Positions 48,482 to 58,620 of a DNA stretch of 64,000 nt are shown here, one piece after another. How positions within the stretch are numbered: the first letter of the stretch is position 1; every line of letters starts with the position of its first letter. The position numbers and the translations under genes were made by a program. Where the stretch lies: the NCBI GenBank assembly GCA_035291545.1, contig DATDRW010000069.1, positions 2,348 through 66,347 on the forward strand, written 5' to 3'. The notes below the pieces were generated by a model. It was given only the letters and a program-made list of their open reading frames with translations. It was not told the origin of the DNA and ran no database searches. This DNA comes from Acidimicrobiia bacterium. Lineage in GTDB: Bacteria > Actinomycetota > Acidimicrobiia > Spongiisociales > UBA11373.

Positions 48482-49647
48482 CGCGCCGCCACCTCGAACT
48501 CGACCGGGTGGCGGGCCACGCTCACCAGCACTCCGACGGCGACCAGCGAGATCACGAGGGCGCTTCCACCGAACGAAACGAAGGGCAGCGGAACGCCGGT
48601 GATGGGAAGGATGCCGGTGACACCTCCGATGTTGACGATCGCCTGAACCGACAGCCAGGTGGTGATGCCGACCGCAACCAGGCGGCCGAACCGGTCGGTG
48701 CACCGGCGGGCGATGGCGAGCCCGGCCACGGTGAATACCGCGAACAGGGCGATCACGCTCAGGGATCCGGCGAGACCGGTCTCCTCGCCGAGAATGGCGA
48801 AGACGAAGTCGGTGTGCGCATTGGGCAAGAACGACCAGCGGGCCCGGCTCGCCCCGAGGCCGACGCCCCACATTCCTCCCGTCCCCAGTGCGACGAGGCT
48901 CTGCACCGCCTGGTACGAGTTGCCCAGCGGATCGCTCTGCAGGTCGAGGAATCCGGTGATCCGCGCCCACCGATACGGCGAGGAGTAGGCGAGAACGAAA
49001 GCGACGCAGGATCCCGCAACTGCGCTTCCGAGCACGAGACCGAGCGGGGCGGCGCTCGCCAACACGATGGCAAACCCGCCGGCGGAGACCAGCAGCGTGG
49101 TCCCCAGGTCGGGCTGCACCATCACCAGCGCCCCCACCAGCCCGACCGAGCACAGCAACGGCCACAGGAACGCCCATGGACGGTCCATGTGATGCTCCCG
49201 CCTGCTCACCAGGGTCGCCAGGAACAGCACGGTGGTGAGCTTGGCGATCTCCGATGGCTGCACCGAGACCGGGCCGATGATGAGCCACCGCGTCGCCCCG
49301 TTGGCCCGCACCCCGAACGCCACCACGGCGGCGAGCAGCGCCACGCTCCCCACGAAGAGCGGGAATGACATCCGCCGCCACCAGCGCAGCGGGATCAAGG
49401 CCGCGATCACCATGGCCACCACGCCGCCCACCAGCCACACCACCTGGCGCTTGAAATAGAAGAGACCATCACCGGACTCGCGCAGGCCGACCACCGACGA
49501 GGCCGAGAGCAGTGCCCCCAGTCCGACCACGATCAGCAGCACGACCGGCACGAGGACGAACCCGATCGATCGCGAGACTCCCCGTTCGTAGATGAGGGCG
49601 CGGCGAACCGCCGCACGCGACGACGGTACGGCGACGACTCCGGCCAC
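48478..49647 (-). CDS. ftsW: Peptidoglycan glycosyltransferase FtsW (SEDS family)
   Basis: It has 10 transmembrane segments and SEDS motifs (GASRARWSFLPNAHTDFVFAILGEE, PLPFVSFGGSAL). The GTG start has AGGAGG 6 nt upstream. Confidence 0.9.
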   Translation of the reverse strand: MAGVVAVPSSRAAVRRALIYERGVSRSIGFVLVPVVLLIVVGLGALLSASSVVGLRESGDGLFYFKRQVVWLVGGVVAMVIAALIPLRWWRRMSFPLFVGSVALLAAVVAFGVRANGATRWLIIGPVSVQPSEIAKLTTVLFLATLVSRREHHMDRPWAFLWPLLCSVGLVGALVMVQPDLGTTLLVSAGGFAIVLASAAPLGLVLGSAVAGSCVAFVLAYSSPYRWARITGFLDLQSDPLGNSYQAVQSLVALGTGGMWGVGLGASRARWSFLPNAHTDFVFAILGEETGLAGSLSVIALFAVFTVAGLAIARRCTDRFGRLVAVGITTWLSVQAIVNIGGVTGILPITGVPLPFVSFGGSALVISLVAVGVLVSVARHPVEFEVAAR

Positions 49648-49648
49648 C

Positions 49649-50929
49649 TCAGGCCTCCTTCCGGATGCGGACGGCGGCGGCGAAGCGGTCGCCGCGATCG
49701 CCGTATGAGCGGAACATGTCGAACGAGGCACAGCCCGGAGCGAGTAGGACCGTGTCGCCTTCCCGGGCGATCCCGTCGGCGACGACGACCGCCTCCTCGA
49801 GTGTGGCCGCCACGATGGTCCGCGGTGACGCCGCGGCCAGCACCGGAGCGGCCTCGCCGATGGCGACGATCGCCCGGACGTTCTCCTCGGCGGCAAGGGG
49901 CGCCACGTCGAGACCCTTCGCCCTCCCTCCGGCGATGAGCACCACCGACGGGTAGGCGCGGATCGCAGCCAGGGCGGCGTGCGGATTCGTCGCCTTGGAA
50001 TCGTCGACCCAGGTGACTCCGGCCCACGTTCCCACCATCTGCCGCCGATGCTTCCCCGTGCGATAGGCCCGGGCCGCCCGCTCGACGGCGGACGGATCGG
50101 CGCCGAGGTGGAGCGCACCGGCGGCGGCGGCGGCGATGTCGACCACGAACGCGGCGTCGTCACGAACCATGCCGGTCAGCGGGATCGCGGCGGCGCCGAC
50201 CCGAAGCACTCCGCCGGCCACCCCCCACCCACCGGCCGGTACCCGGTCGGCGCTCACCGGCACCTTACGCGCGGTCGCCGGCGCCACGGCGACGATGGCC
50301 CCCGGGTCGTCGGCGTCGAAAACGACGATGTCGTCGCCGGTCTGGCGTTCCAGCACACGCTGTTTGGCGGCGGCGTACCGCTCCATCGTGAGGTGCCAGT
50401 CGAGGTGGTCCGGGGCGACATTGAGCAGTACCGCGGCGACGGCGTGGAAGCTGTCGACGAACCGGAGCTGGAACGACGACGCCTCCACCACCAGCACGTC
50501 CCACTCCCGATCGTCCACCCCGCACAGCGGGTCGCCGATGTTGCCGACTGCCGCCGCCCGCAGACCAGACTCCGCGAGCATCGCCGCCGCCGCCTCGGTG
50601 ATGGTCGTCTTCCCGTTGGTGGCGGTGACCGCCAGGATCGGGAGCCGCACGTTGCGGTAGCCGAGCTCCAACTCGCTCCACACCGTGAGCCCTGCGGCCA
50701 GGGCATCGGCGACGGGTGGAGCATGCTCGGGCACGCCCGGGCTGGGCACGACCAGATCGACACCGTCGAGCAGCGACCGATCCCAGGCCCCGCCATGGGT
50801 GGCGTCGGCATCGACGCCGGCGATTGCGGCCGGATCGGAGTCGTAGACGATCACCTTCTCACCCCGGGAACGGAGGAGACGCGCCGCGGCCCGCCCGCTG
50901 ATGGCTGCACCGATGACGAGTGCCGTCAT
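49649..50929 (-). CDS. murD: UDP-N-acetylmuramoylalanine--D-glutamate ligase
   Basis: It begins MTALVIGAAISGRAAA and has the motif TATNGKTT. It is the C-terminal 426 aa of ORF 49649..51982, and its ATG overlaps the mraY stop. Confidence 0.9.
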   Translation of the reverse strand: MTALVIGAAISGRAAARLLRSRGEKVIVYDSDPAAIAGVDADATHGGAWDRSLLDGVDLVVPSPGVPEHAPPVADALAAGLTVWSELELGYRNVRLPILAVTATNGKTTITEAAAAMLAESGLRAAAVGNIGDPLCGVDDREWDVLVVEASSFQLRFVDSFHAVAAVLLNVAPDHLDWHLTMERYAAAKQRVLERQTGDDIVVFDADDPGAIVAVAPATARKVPVSADRVPAGGWGVAGGVLRVGAAAIPLTGMVRDDAAFVVDIAAAAAGALHLGADPSAVERAARAYRTGKHRRQMVGTWAGVTWVDDSKATNPHAALAAIRAYPSVVLIAGGRAKGLDVAPLAAEENVRAIVAIGEAAPVLAAASPRTIVAATLEEAVVVADGIAREGDTVLLAPGCASFDMFRSYGDRGDRFAAAVRIRKEA

Positions 50930-51972
50930 CCGATCCCTCCCGAGGTGATGAAGTCGCCGTAGAACAGCCCGAGGCCGAACGCCACGAACAGTGCCGCCAG
51001 GATCCAGAAGCGGACGATCACGGTGGTCTCGGGCCAGCCCTTCAATTCGAAGTGGTGATGGAGTGGCGCCATCCGGAAGATGCGCCTGCCGAAGCCGCGG
51101 AACGCGACCACCTGCACGATCACCGAGACGGTCTCGAACACGTAGAGGCCGCCGAGCACGACCAGGAGCAGATGGGTGTTGGTGAGCAGGGCAAGGGCGG
51201 CCATGGCGCCGCCGAGGGCCTGCGACCCGGTGTCGCCCATGATGATCTGTGCCGGAGCCGCATTCCACCACAGGAACCCGAGGGTGGCCCCGACGAGGCC
51301 TGCGGAGAGCATCGCCATCTCCAGCGTGCCGACCACCGCATAGAACTCGGGATGACGGAACTGCCAGAACGAAATGATCATGAACGCGCCGAACACCAGG
51401 GCGGCGGAGCCCGAGGCGAGCCCGTCGAGCCCGTCGGTGAAGTTCACCGCGTTCGAGGCCGCGGTGAACAAGAGCAGGACCCAGACCACGTAGAACCAGC
51501 CGAGGTCGATCCCCAGCGGCCGGGTGAAAGCCATTTCGGTGCTGGCGCCGTAGCCCACGGCGCCCCAGGCGAAGAGTCCGGCGATGGCCAGCTGACCGGC
51601 GAACTTCCAGCGCTTCTTCAGACCGAGATTGCGTGCCTTGGTGACCTTGGCGAAGTCGTCGAGGAAGCCGATGAGACCCATGCCGACGAATGCGAGCAGC
51701 ACCAGCAGCCCCGGGGTGAGGAACGGTTTGAAGTTCAGGCTGACGTCCCCCGCCGGGGTGCGGGCATCGAGATGTCCGGCGAGCCATCCCATCGCCACGG
51801 CGAGGATCATCACCAGACCCCCCATCGTCGGGGTCCCCTGCTTGTGGGCGTGATCGACCTCGTCCTGGATGAACTGGCCGATGCCCTGGGCCCGGAAGAA
51901 CCGGATCGCCACCGGCGTCGCCAGGATCGTGACGAAAAAGGCCACACCCGCCGAAAGCAGCATCGCGATCAT
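50926..51972 (-). CDS. mraY: Phospho-N-acetylmuramoyl-pentapeptide transferase
   Basis: It has 10 transmembrane segments and the MraY motifs NAVNFTDGLDGLA and MGDTGSQ. Confidence 0.95.
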   Translation of the reverse strand: MIAMLLSAGVAFFVTILATPVAIRFFRAQGIGQFIQDEVDHAHKQGTPTMGGLVMILAVAMGWLAGHLDARTPAGDVSLNFKPFLTPGLLVLLAFVGMGLIGFLDDFAKVTKARNLGLKKRWKFAGQLAIAGLFAWGAVGYGASTEMAFTRPLGIDLGWFYVVWVLLLFTAASNAVNFTDGLDGLASGSAALVFGAFMIISFWQFRHPEFYAVVGTLEMAMLSAGLVGATLGFLWWNAAPAQIIMGDTGSQALGGAMAALALLTNTHLLLVVLGGLYVFETVSVIVQVVAFRGFGRRIFRMAPLHHHFELKGWPETTVIVRFWILAALFVAFGLGLFYGDFITSGGIG

Positions 51973-53309
51973 GCCGCAGCACCTCCTCCGATCAGTTCCG
52001 GGAGCCGTTCGAGTCCGGTCGCTCGCGACGCCTTGACCAGTACGACGTCCCCGGGACGGAGCCGGCCGGCGACGGCCTCGGCCGCCTCGACCAGGTCACC
52101 GACCGCGGCCACGACGGCCGTGCCCGCTCCTCTGGCGATACCGGGGTCCTCGCCGACCACGACCACCATGAAGCCGAGCGCGGCGGCTCGCCGTCCCACC
52201 TCCTCGTGCAGAGCCGGGGAAGCGGCGCCGAGCTCGTGCATCATCCCGAGGACCGCGACGTGTCGACCCGGCATGGCGGCCACCGTCGTCAGAGCCGACT
52301 CCATCGAGGCCGGGTTGGCGTTGTAGGCGTCGTTGACCACGAGAACCGTTCCTCCGAGGACGGACCTCTCCACGACCTCCATCCGCCACGGCGACAGCCG
52401 CACTCCGGAGAGCCGGCCGGCCGCCTCGGCGAAATCCACCCCCAAGGCGAGTGCGGCGGCCACCGCAGCCGCGGCATTGGTCGGTTGGTGGCGTCCCGCG
52501 GCGGCGAGGACGATGTGAGCCCGTTTCCCGGCGTGGAGCATGGTGAACGATGCCCTTCCCCGGGGGTCGACGGTCACGTCTTGTGCGGCGACGTCGGCAG
52601 AGGGGTCCTCGCCGAAGGTGATCATCGGTCCCCGGCGCATCGTGAGGAGAACGGGATCGGCCACCGGGAGCACGGCGACTCCCTGTGGGGAGAGTGCCGC
52701 AACGAGCTCCCACTTGGCACGACGAACGGTGTCGATGTCGCCGAACATCTCGAGGTGGGCGGGGCCGACGTTGGTGATCACGGCGACGTCCGGACGGATC
52801 ACCCCGCCGAGAGCCGCGATGTGCCCCAAGCCCCGACTTCCCACTTCCACCACCAGGGCGACGGCATCGTCCGGGCAGGCGAGCACGGTGAGCGGCACCC
52901 CGATCTCGTTGTTGTACGAGCTCGGGGCGGCGTAGGCGCCCGGTCCAACTGCTGCGGCGATCAGGTCCTTGGTCGTCGTCTTTCCGGTGCTGCCGGTCAC
53001 CGCCACCACCGGAGCCGACAGCTCCGTGCGGCGGCGGGCGCCGAGGGCGGCGAGGGCGGTGAGCGGATCGGCGGTCTCGACCCCGGCGGCGCCCTCGGGG
53101 AGGCGTCCCGGTTCGACCAGCGCCGCCGCGGCACCCGCGGCAAACGCCGCCGTTACGAATTCGTGGCCGTCGGCAGCCTTTCCGCGTAGCGCCACGAAGA
53201 GCGCTCCCGGGGCGGCTCGACGCGAGTCGATCACGACCGAGGTGATCGTGGCAGTGCCGACGGCGACCCCACCGATGGTGGCTGCAACCGAGTCGAGATC
53301 CCACTTCAC
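51969..53309 (-). CDS. murF: UDP-MurNAc-tripeptide--D-Ala-D-Ala ligase
   Basis: It has a Mur ligase core (VAVTGSTGKTTTK) and the MurF N-terminus. Confidence 0.9.
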   Translation of the reverse strand: MKWDLDSVAATIGGVAVGTATITSVVIDSRRAAPGALFVALRGKAADGHEFVTAAFAAGAAAALVEPGRLPEGAAGVETADPLTALAALGARRRTELSAPVVAVTGSTGKTTTKDLIAAAVGPGAYAAPSSYNNEIGVPLTVLACPDDAVALVVEVGSRGLGHIAALGGVIRPDVAVITNVGPAHLEMFGDIDTVRRAKWELVAALSPQGVAVLPVADPVLLTMRRGPMITFGEDPSADVAAQDVTVDPRGRASFTMLHAGKRAHIVLAAAGRHQPTNAAAAVAAALALGVDFAEAAGRLSGVRLSPWRMEVVERSVLGGTVLVVNDAYNANPASMESALTTVAAMPGRHVAVLGMMHELGAASPALHEEVGRRAAALGFMVVVVGEDPGIARGAGTAVVAAVGDLVEAAEAVAGRLRPGDVVLVKASRATGLERLPELIGGGAAA

Positions 53310-54760
53310 AGCTTCTCAGCCTCCTCGACGGCAACCACTCGATCGTCGAAGGGAACGACTCGGTCGCCGAAGTCCTGTGTCTGCTCGTGGCCCTTGCCGA
53401 GGAGGAGCACGACGTCGCCGGGCCGGGCAACCCCGACGGCGCGGGAGATGGCCCGGCGGCGGTCGATCTCGACGATCACCTCTGCCGGTCCGTGTGACCC
53501 GGCCACGACCTCGGCGAGGACGTCCTCCGGCCGCTCGCTGCGGGGGTTGTCGGTGGTGAGGACTGCGACATCTGCTCGGCAGGCGGCGCTCCCCATGAGG
53601 GGGCGCTTCGCCCGGTCACGGTCACCGCCGGCGCCGGCGACCACGATGACGCGCCCCGAACCCGCGAGGATCTCCCGCGCCGCCCCGATCACCGCCACGA
53701 TCCCGTTGGGGGTGTGGGCGTAATCGACGACCACGGTGAAGCCGCCGCCGGTCGCCACCAAATCGAAGCGGCCCGGGACCCGATCCACCGAGGCGATCCC
53801 CGCGGCGATCGCGCCGTCATCGATGCCGAGGCTGCGGGCACAGGCTGCCGCCAGCGCGGCATTGGCCACGTTGAACCGCCCGGCCAGCGGCACCTCGAGT
53901 TCCAGCGATCGACTGCCGTTGCCGAGGGAGAAACGGGAGCCGGAGAAGGCGAGCGCCACGCCTCCGACCCGCAGGTCGGCGTCTTGGCTCGTCCCCACGG
54001 CCATCACCGGAAGGGAAAGGCCGCCGGCGACGCGACGGCCCGCCTCGTCGTCGATCCACACCACCGCGCGCTCGCATTGCGCGAACAGGGCGACCTTGGC
54101 CCGCTCGTACGACTCCATGTCTCCGTGGAAGTCGAGGTGATCCTGGGACAGATTCGTAAATGCCCCCACCCGGAACCTGGTCTCGGCGACCCTCCCCAGG
54201 CTGAGCGCGTGGGACGACACCTCCACCGCGGCCACGTCGACCCCGGCGTCGACCATCCTGCGGAGCATCCGCTGGAAGTCCGTCGCCTCCGGGGTGGTGC
54301 GCACCATCGGGACGAACCGCCCCCGAATCCTCGCCCCCACCGTTCCGGCCATTGCCTCGGGAATGCCGGCGCGCCGACAGATGCTCTCGATGAGATGGGT
54401 GACGGTGGTCTTGCCGTTCGTCCCGGTCACCCCGACGAGACGCAGCCGGTCGGATGGCCGTCCGTGCACCTCGGCGGCAAGCGGCGCCAGCGCGGCCCGG
54501 GTGTCGGCCACCACCAGCGCCGGCACCCGGACGGCATCGTCGCGAACCTCCACGCAGACCGCGGGAGACCCCGCCGCCACCGCGGTGGGAACGAACCGGT
54601 GTCCGTCGGTGGTGCGTCCCCTCACCGCGACGAACAGCACGCCGACACCGGCGGCGCGGGAGTCGTGCGTTACGTCGGTGACGGCGACTGCGCCGTCACC
54701 GAAAACGACGCCCCGGCACACCGGTGCGAGCGCAGCGAGGGTGATGGGATCAGCCGGCAT
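53306..54760 (-). CDS. murE: UDP-MurNAc-L-Ala-D-Glu--2,6-diaminopimelate ligase
   Basis: It has GVTGTNGKTT and a DNPR-type (meso-DAP specificity) motif in TTDNPRSE. Confidence 0.9.
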   Translation of the reverse strand: MPADPITLAALAPVCRGVVFGDGAVAVTDVTHDSRAAGVGVLFVAVRGRTTDGHRFVPTAVAAGSPAVCVEVRDDAVRVPALVVADTRAALAPLAAEVHGRPSDRLRLVGVTGTNGKTTVTHLIESICRRAGIPEAMAGTVGARIRGRFVPMVRTTPEATDFQRMLRRMVDAGVDVAAVEVSSHALSLGRVAETRFRVGAFTNLSQDHLDFHGDMESYERAKVALFAQCERAVVWIDDEAGRRVAGGLSLPVMAVGTSQDADLRVGGVALAFSGSRFSLGNGSRSLELEVPLAGRFNVANAALAAACARSLGIDDGAIAAGIASVDRVPGRFDLVATGGGFTVVVDYAHTPNGIVAVIGAAREILAGSGRVIVVAGAGGDRDRAKRPLMGSAACRADVAVLTTDNPRSERPEDVLAEVVAGSHGPAEVIVEIDRRRAISRAVGVARPGDVVLLLGKGHEQTQDFGDRVVPFDDRVVAVEEAEKL

Positions 54761-56492
54761 CGGGTGCGACCCCCAGTTGATTGAGTGCCGCCAGTGTCAC
54801 TGCGGAGAAGACCGGAGCCGCCCCCCGTCCCCCGGTGGCATCTGTGCGCGGCGAGTCGAGCACGACGGCGACGACCACCCGGGGGACGTCGATGGGGGCC
54901 ATGCCGATGAAGCTCGCCACGACTTCGTCCTCGCTGTACGCCTGGCTGTCTTCCAGATACTTCTCGGTCGTGCCGGTCTTCCCGCCGACACGGTATCCGG
55001 GGACCGCGGCCAAGGATCCGGTGCCGACCTCGACCACCGCCTGGAGCATCGAGCGCATCTGCTCGGCCGTCGCCGCAGAGAGCACGCGTCGCTTCAGGAA
55101 ATCGAATGGCACGCGGGTCCCGTCGGCATCAACGATCTCGGCGACGAGGTGCGGCTGCACCCAGATGCCGTCGTTGGCCACGGCGGCGTACACCATCGCC
55201 ATCTGCAGGGCGGTGACGGACACGTGATAGCCGATCGAGGTGCCGGCGACGCACGTGGTCAGGCACCACTCCTCGGGTTCGCGCAGCACACCCGAAGCCT
55301 CACCCGGAAAATCGATTCCGGTGACGGTGCCCTCGCCGAACGCCGCCATGAAGGTATGCAGGCGTCGCGCCCCGAGTTGCTCTCCGATGAGAATCGTGCC
55401 GAGGTTGGAGGAGTAGGTGACGATCTCGGTGACCGTGAGCACGTCCGCATGGTCGGTGAAATCCTCGAACACCGTGTCCTGGATGGCGATCTCATCCGGG
55501 ATCTGGTACGACGTCCCGGGGGCGACGAGGCCGGACTCGAGCGCACCGGAGATCGTCACCACCTTCTGTGTGGAACCGGGCTCGAAGACGTCGGTCACGG
55601 CGCGGTTGCGCAGCGCCTCGTCCGGGATCGAGCCTCGCTCATTCGGGTCGTAGGTGGGCAGGTTGACCATGGCGAGGATCGCCCCGGTGGCGGGATCGAG
55701 CACCACCACCGATCCCGCCTCGGCTCCCGTCCGTTCCATCGCCTCGGCGAGCGCCCTTCCGGCGGCGAACTGAATCTCGGACTTGATCGTGAGCACGAGG
55801 TCGGCGCCGGGTTCGGCGGGCTCTATCCGGTGCTCCCCCTGTGGGATGGCCAGGCCCTCAGGATCTCGCTCCACCACCAGCGAGCCGGGATGTCCGGCGA
55901 GGGCGGCGTCGTAGTAGAGCTCGAGCCCCTCGAGTCCGACGTTGTCGTCAGCCCTCACGAACCCGACCACGTGGGCGGCGAGGTCCCCCGCCGGGTACAG
56001 CCGCTTCGGCTCGACGAGCAGGTACACCCCGGGAAGGTCGGCCTGCCGGATCGGATCGGCCACCGCCGGGTCGAGCTGGCGGGCCACGTACACGAACTCG
56101 GTGTCCGAAGCGAGCGCCGCCAGGACTTCGCGTGCCTCGCGCCCGACGAGCGGGGCCAAGGTCCGGGAGACGTCCACCGGGTCTTCGATCTCACGGGGAT
56201 TTGCGTACACCGTGATCGCATCCACGGTCACCGCGAGTTCACGGCCGTCACGGTCGAAGATCGTGCCGCGGTCGGCGGCCAGAGTGAGCCGTTGCAGCCG
56301 TTGGTCGAGCCCGCGGGCGGCGAACTCCTCGGCCCGGGCACCCTGCACCACGATCAACCGATAGCCGACCATGGACCAGGCGAGCACGAGCACGACGCCT
56401 ACGCCCGCGAGGCGCGCATTCAGACGACGCGGCCGTGCCTCCACTGTTCTCCTCCTCGGCGTCGTCGTGATGTCCCGACCGGGGCGCCGCAC
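54750..56492 (-). CDS. ftsI: Penicillin-binding protein, division-specific transpeptidase (FtsI/PBP3-like)
   Basis: It has a transmembrane anchor, a PBP dimerisation domain and a transpeptidase domain with the motifs GSTQK and KTGT. Confidence 0.85.
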   Translation of the reverse strand: MRRPGRDITTTPRRRTVEARPRRLNARLAGVGVVLVLAWSMVGYRLIVVQGARAEEFAARGLDQRLQRLTLAADRGTIFDRDGRELAVTVDAITVYANPREIEDPVDVSRTLAPLVGREAREVLAALASDTEFVYVARQLDPAVADPIRQADLPGVYLLVEPKRLYPAGDLAAHVVGFVRADDNVGLEGLELYYDAALAGHPGSLVVERDPEGLAIPQGEHRIEPAEPGADLVLTIKSEIQFAAGRALAEAMERTGAEAGSVVVLDPATGAILAMVNLPTYDPNERGSIPDEALRNRAVTDVFEPGSTQKVVTISGALESGLVAPGTSYQIPDEIAIQDTVFEDFTDHADVLTVTEIVTYSSNLGTILIGEQLGARRLHTFMAAFGEGTVTGIDFPGEASGVLREPEEWCLTTCVAGTSIGYHVSVTALQMAMVYAAVANDGIWVQPHLVAEIVDADGTRVPFDFLKRRVLSAATAEQMRSMLQAVVEVGTGSLAAVPGYRVGGKTGTTEKYLEDSQAYSEDEVVASFIGMAPIDVPRVVVAVVLDSPRTDATGGRGAAPVFSAVTLAALNQLGVAPDAG

Positions 56493-56547
56493 CGGGGTGC
56501 GAAACCCGTTCTCCTCGGGGTGGCCGGAGCCTCTTCCCCGCGCCGTG

Positions 56548-56961
56548 TTATGGCTGGGCGCTCAAGAGCGTCTTGAGGTCCACCCAGCGATCCTCCACGC
56601 CCGGCCCCGGATCGCCGAGACCGGGAACCTCGATCATCATGAGTTCGGTCGGATACACCATGCCCATCTCGTCGGCGAGATCGGCGATGCGCTCCGGCGA
56701 CCGCAGATCCGCCACGCGGAGGCGCAGCTCCCAGTACCGGGCCTCCTCCACGGCGATCTGGCTCCGGATGTCCTCGAGCACGAACGCATTGCGGTCGAGG
56801 GCGACCCGGGTCGAGATCATGACGAAGAACACCGCCGCCAGCGTGAAGACGAGTCCGAGCCATCCGCCGATACGCCGGTGCCTGGTGCGCGGCCCGACGA
56901 CCACATGGAAGCGGCGGGCACCGGGGGCCGGGAACGTCAGCGGGTACGAGCGGGCGACCAT
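56548..56961 (-). CDS. ftsL: FtsL/DivIC-like septum formation initiator
   Basis: It has a single transmembrane segment followed by a coiled coil, and it sits between rsmH and ftsI. Confidence 0.6.
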   Translation of the reverse strand: MVARSYPLTFPAPGARRFHVVVGPRTRHRRIGGWLGLVFTLAAVFFVMISTRVALDRNAFVLEDIRSQIAVEEARYWELRLRVADLRSPERIADLADEMGMVYPTELMMIEVPGLGDPGPGVEDRWVDLKTLLSAQP

Positions 56962-57878
56962 CAGAGCTTCTCCGCCACCCGAAGCCGGGCGCTGCGCGCC
57001 CGCGGGTTCGCCGCCACCTCGTCCTCACTCGGCCGGATCGCCTTGCGGGATACGAGGCGGAGCTCGGCTGCGGCCCCACAGACGCACACGGGGAGGTCGG
57101 GTGGGCACGTGCACCCGACCGCGCCGGCCGCGAACCGGCGCTTTACGATCCGATCCTCGAGAGAATGGTATGAGATCACGGCAATCCGGCCTCCGCGTCG
57201 CAGCACGCGCAGGGCAGCATCGAGGGCGGGGTCGATCGCACCCAGCTCGTCGTTAACGGCGATGCGCAGAGCCTGAAAGCTGCGTCGTGCCGGGTGCCCG
57301 TGGTCGCGGGCCCGAGCCGGCACGGCCCCGGCAACGACCTCCGCGAGGTGCGCGGTGTCGCCGACCGGGCGAGCGCGGACGATCGCGTCGGCAATGCGGT
57401 CGGCAAAGCGCTCCTCGCCGTAACTCCGGATGATGCGGGCGAGTTCGCCGCGGTCGACCTCATTGACGAGGTGACCGGCGTCGAACCGGGCGTCCGGGCC
57501 CATGCGCATGTCGAGAGGGCCGGGGCTCCGGTAGGAGAAGCCTCGCTCCCCCACGTCGAGCTGGTGCGACGAGACACCGAGGTCGAAAACGGCGCCATCG
57601 AGTTCATCGACTCCCTCCTTGACGAGCACGGTCTCCAGGGTGCAAAAGTTCGCCTGGTGCAGAGACACCCGCTCCAGACCTGCAGCCCCCGGGGCGGCGT
57701 CCGGATCGCGATCGATGGCGATCACCCGGAGCGAAGGCACTGCCTCGAGAAGCGCCCGGGTGTGGCCTCCCCCACCAAAGGTGGCGTCGAGGACGATCTG
57801 CGGCGCCACCGCCGAAATCGCCTCCACGATCCGATCGGTGAGCACCGGGAGGTGGTACGGGGTGTCGAGTCGGCTCAC
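56961..57878 (-). CDS. rsmH: 16S rRNA (cytosine1402-N4)-methyltransferase
   Basis: It has a SAM-binding site (DATFGGGGHTRALL) and DLGVSSHQLD. It was trimmed from ORF 56961..58061 to GTG about 57878. Confidence 0.85.
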   Translation of the reverse strand: MSRLDTPYHLPVLTDRIVEAISAVAPQIVLDATFGGGGHTRALLEAVPSLRVIAIDRDPDAAPGAAGLERVSLHQANFCTLETVLVKEGVDELDGAVFDLGVSSHQLDVGERGFSYRSPGPLDMRMGPDARFDAGHLVNEVDRGELARIIRSYGEERFADRIADAIVRARPVGDTAHLAEVVAGAVPARARDHGHPARRSFQALRIAVNDELGAIDPALDAALRVLRRGGRIAVISYHSLEDRIVKRRFAAGAVGCTCPPDLPVCVCGAAAELRLVSRKAIRPSEDEVAANPRARSARLRVAEKL

Positions 57879-57975
57879 GGTCAGCCCCCCGGAGCGCTGG
57901 CGCCAGGATGGAAGCGGGCGGAAAATGGGGCATTCCACATGGCATCCAGGGGGCTGACGGTGAGTCGATCGACAT

Positions 57976-58407
57976 TCAGATTCCTTCCTCGCTGAGCGCC
58001 TCTTCGATGCCGGCGTACTGCTCGTCGGCCTGGGACGAGAGGCTCTGCCAAGCCGCCGCATCCCAGATCTCGAGACGATCGCTCACTCCAACCACCACCA
58101 CGTCCTTGTCCAGACCGGCGTAGGTGCGAAGCGCCTGCGGGATCTGCAGACGCCCCTGCTTGTCGGTCTGCAAGTCGCTGGCGCCTCCGAAAAACGACCG
58201 GGCGTAGTTGCGGTTGACCTTGTTGTTGCGCGACAGCCGGGTGACCTTGGCCGCCGCCTCCTCCCAGCGATCCGTTGGGAACACGAAGAGGCAGCGCTCC
58301 TGCCCCTTGGTGACGACCGCTCCGGCAGCGAGGTGCTCGCGGAACTTCGAGGGCATCACGATGCGCCCCTTCTCGTCCACGCTGTGCTGGTACTCGCCCA
58401 GGAACAC
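57976..58407 (-). CDS. mraZ: Transcriptional regulator MraZ
   Basis: It begins MFLGEYQHSVDEKGRIVMPSKFR and has a duplicated SpoVT/AbrB-like fold. Confidence 0.9.
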   Translation of the reverse strand: MFLGEYQHSVDEKGRIVMPSKFREHLAAGAVVTKGQERCLFVFPTDRWEEAAAKVTRLSRNNKVNRNYARSFFGGASDLQTDKQGRLQIPQALRTYAGLDKDVVVVGVSDRLEIWDAAAWQSLSSQADEQYAGIEEALSEEGI

Positions 58408-58492
58408 CCGACATCTCCGCTTTCGTCATCGCCGTACCGCCTTCACGCTTCACGGCGTCCGGTCGAAGAGGTGCGATCGCACCCCTTCCTTT

Positions 58493-58537
58493 CCACTTCG
58501 CGCCACTTTCACCCACTTCCTGCCCCATGTCAACCAC
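58493..58537 (-). promoter_or_regulatory. MraZ operator. Three GTGG(G/C/A) direct repeats at exact 10-bp spacing, plus a fourth abutting a TTGACA hexamer.
   Basis: On the minus strand the sequence reads AAGTGG-TTGACA-tggggcagg-AAGTGGGtgaa-AAGTGGCgcga-AGTGGA. On the plus strand CCAC begins at 58493, 58503, 58513 and 58534. This is 90-130 nt upstream of the mraZ ATG and matches the known MraZ-box architecture of three GTGGG repeats one helical turn apart. Confidence 0.5.
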
Positions 58538-58620
58538 TTTGTGCCTCTGGGCGCCAATATGGAACAGGTGTTCGGGGGGTGAAGGTGCCCGCCTGCGCGG
58601 CCCCGGGTTCGCCGCGATGC

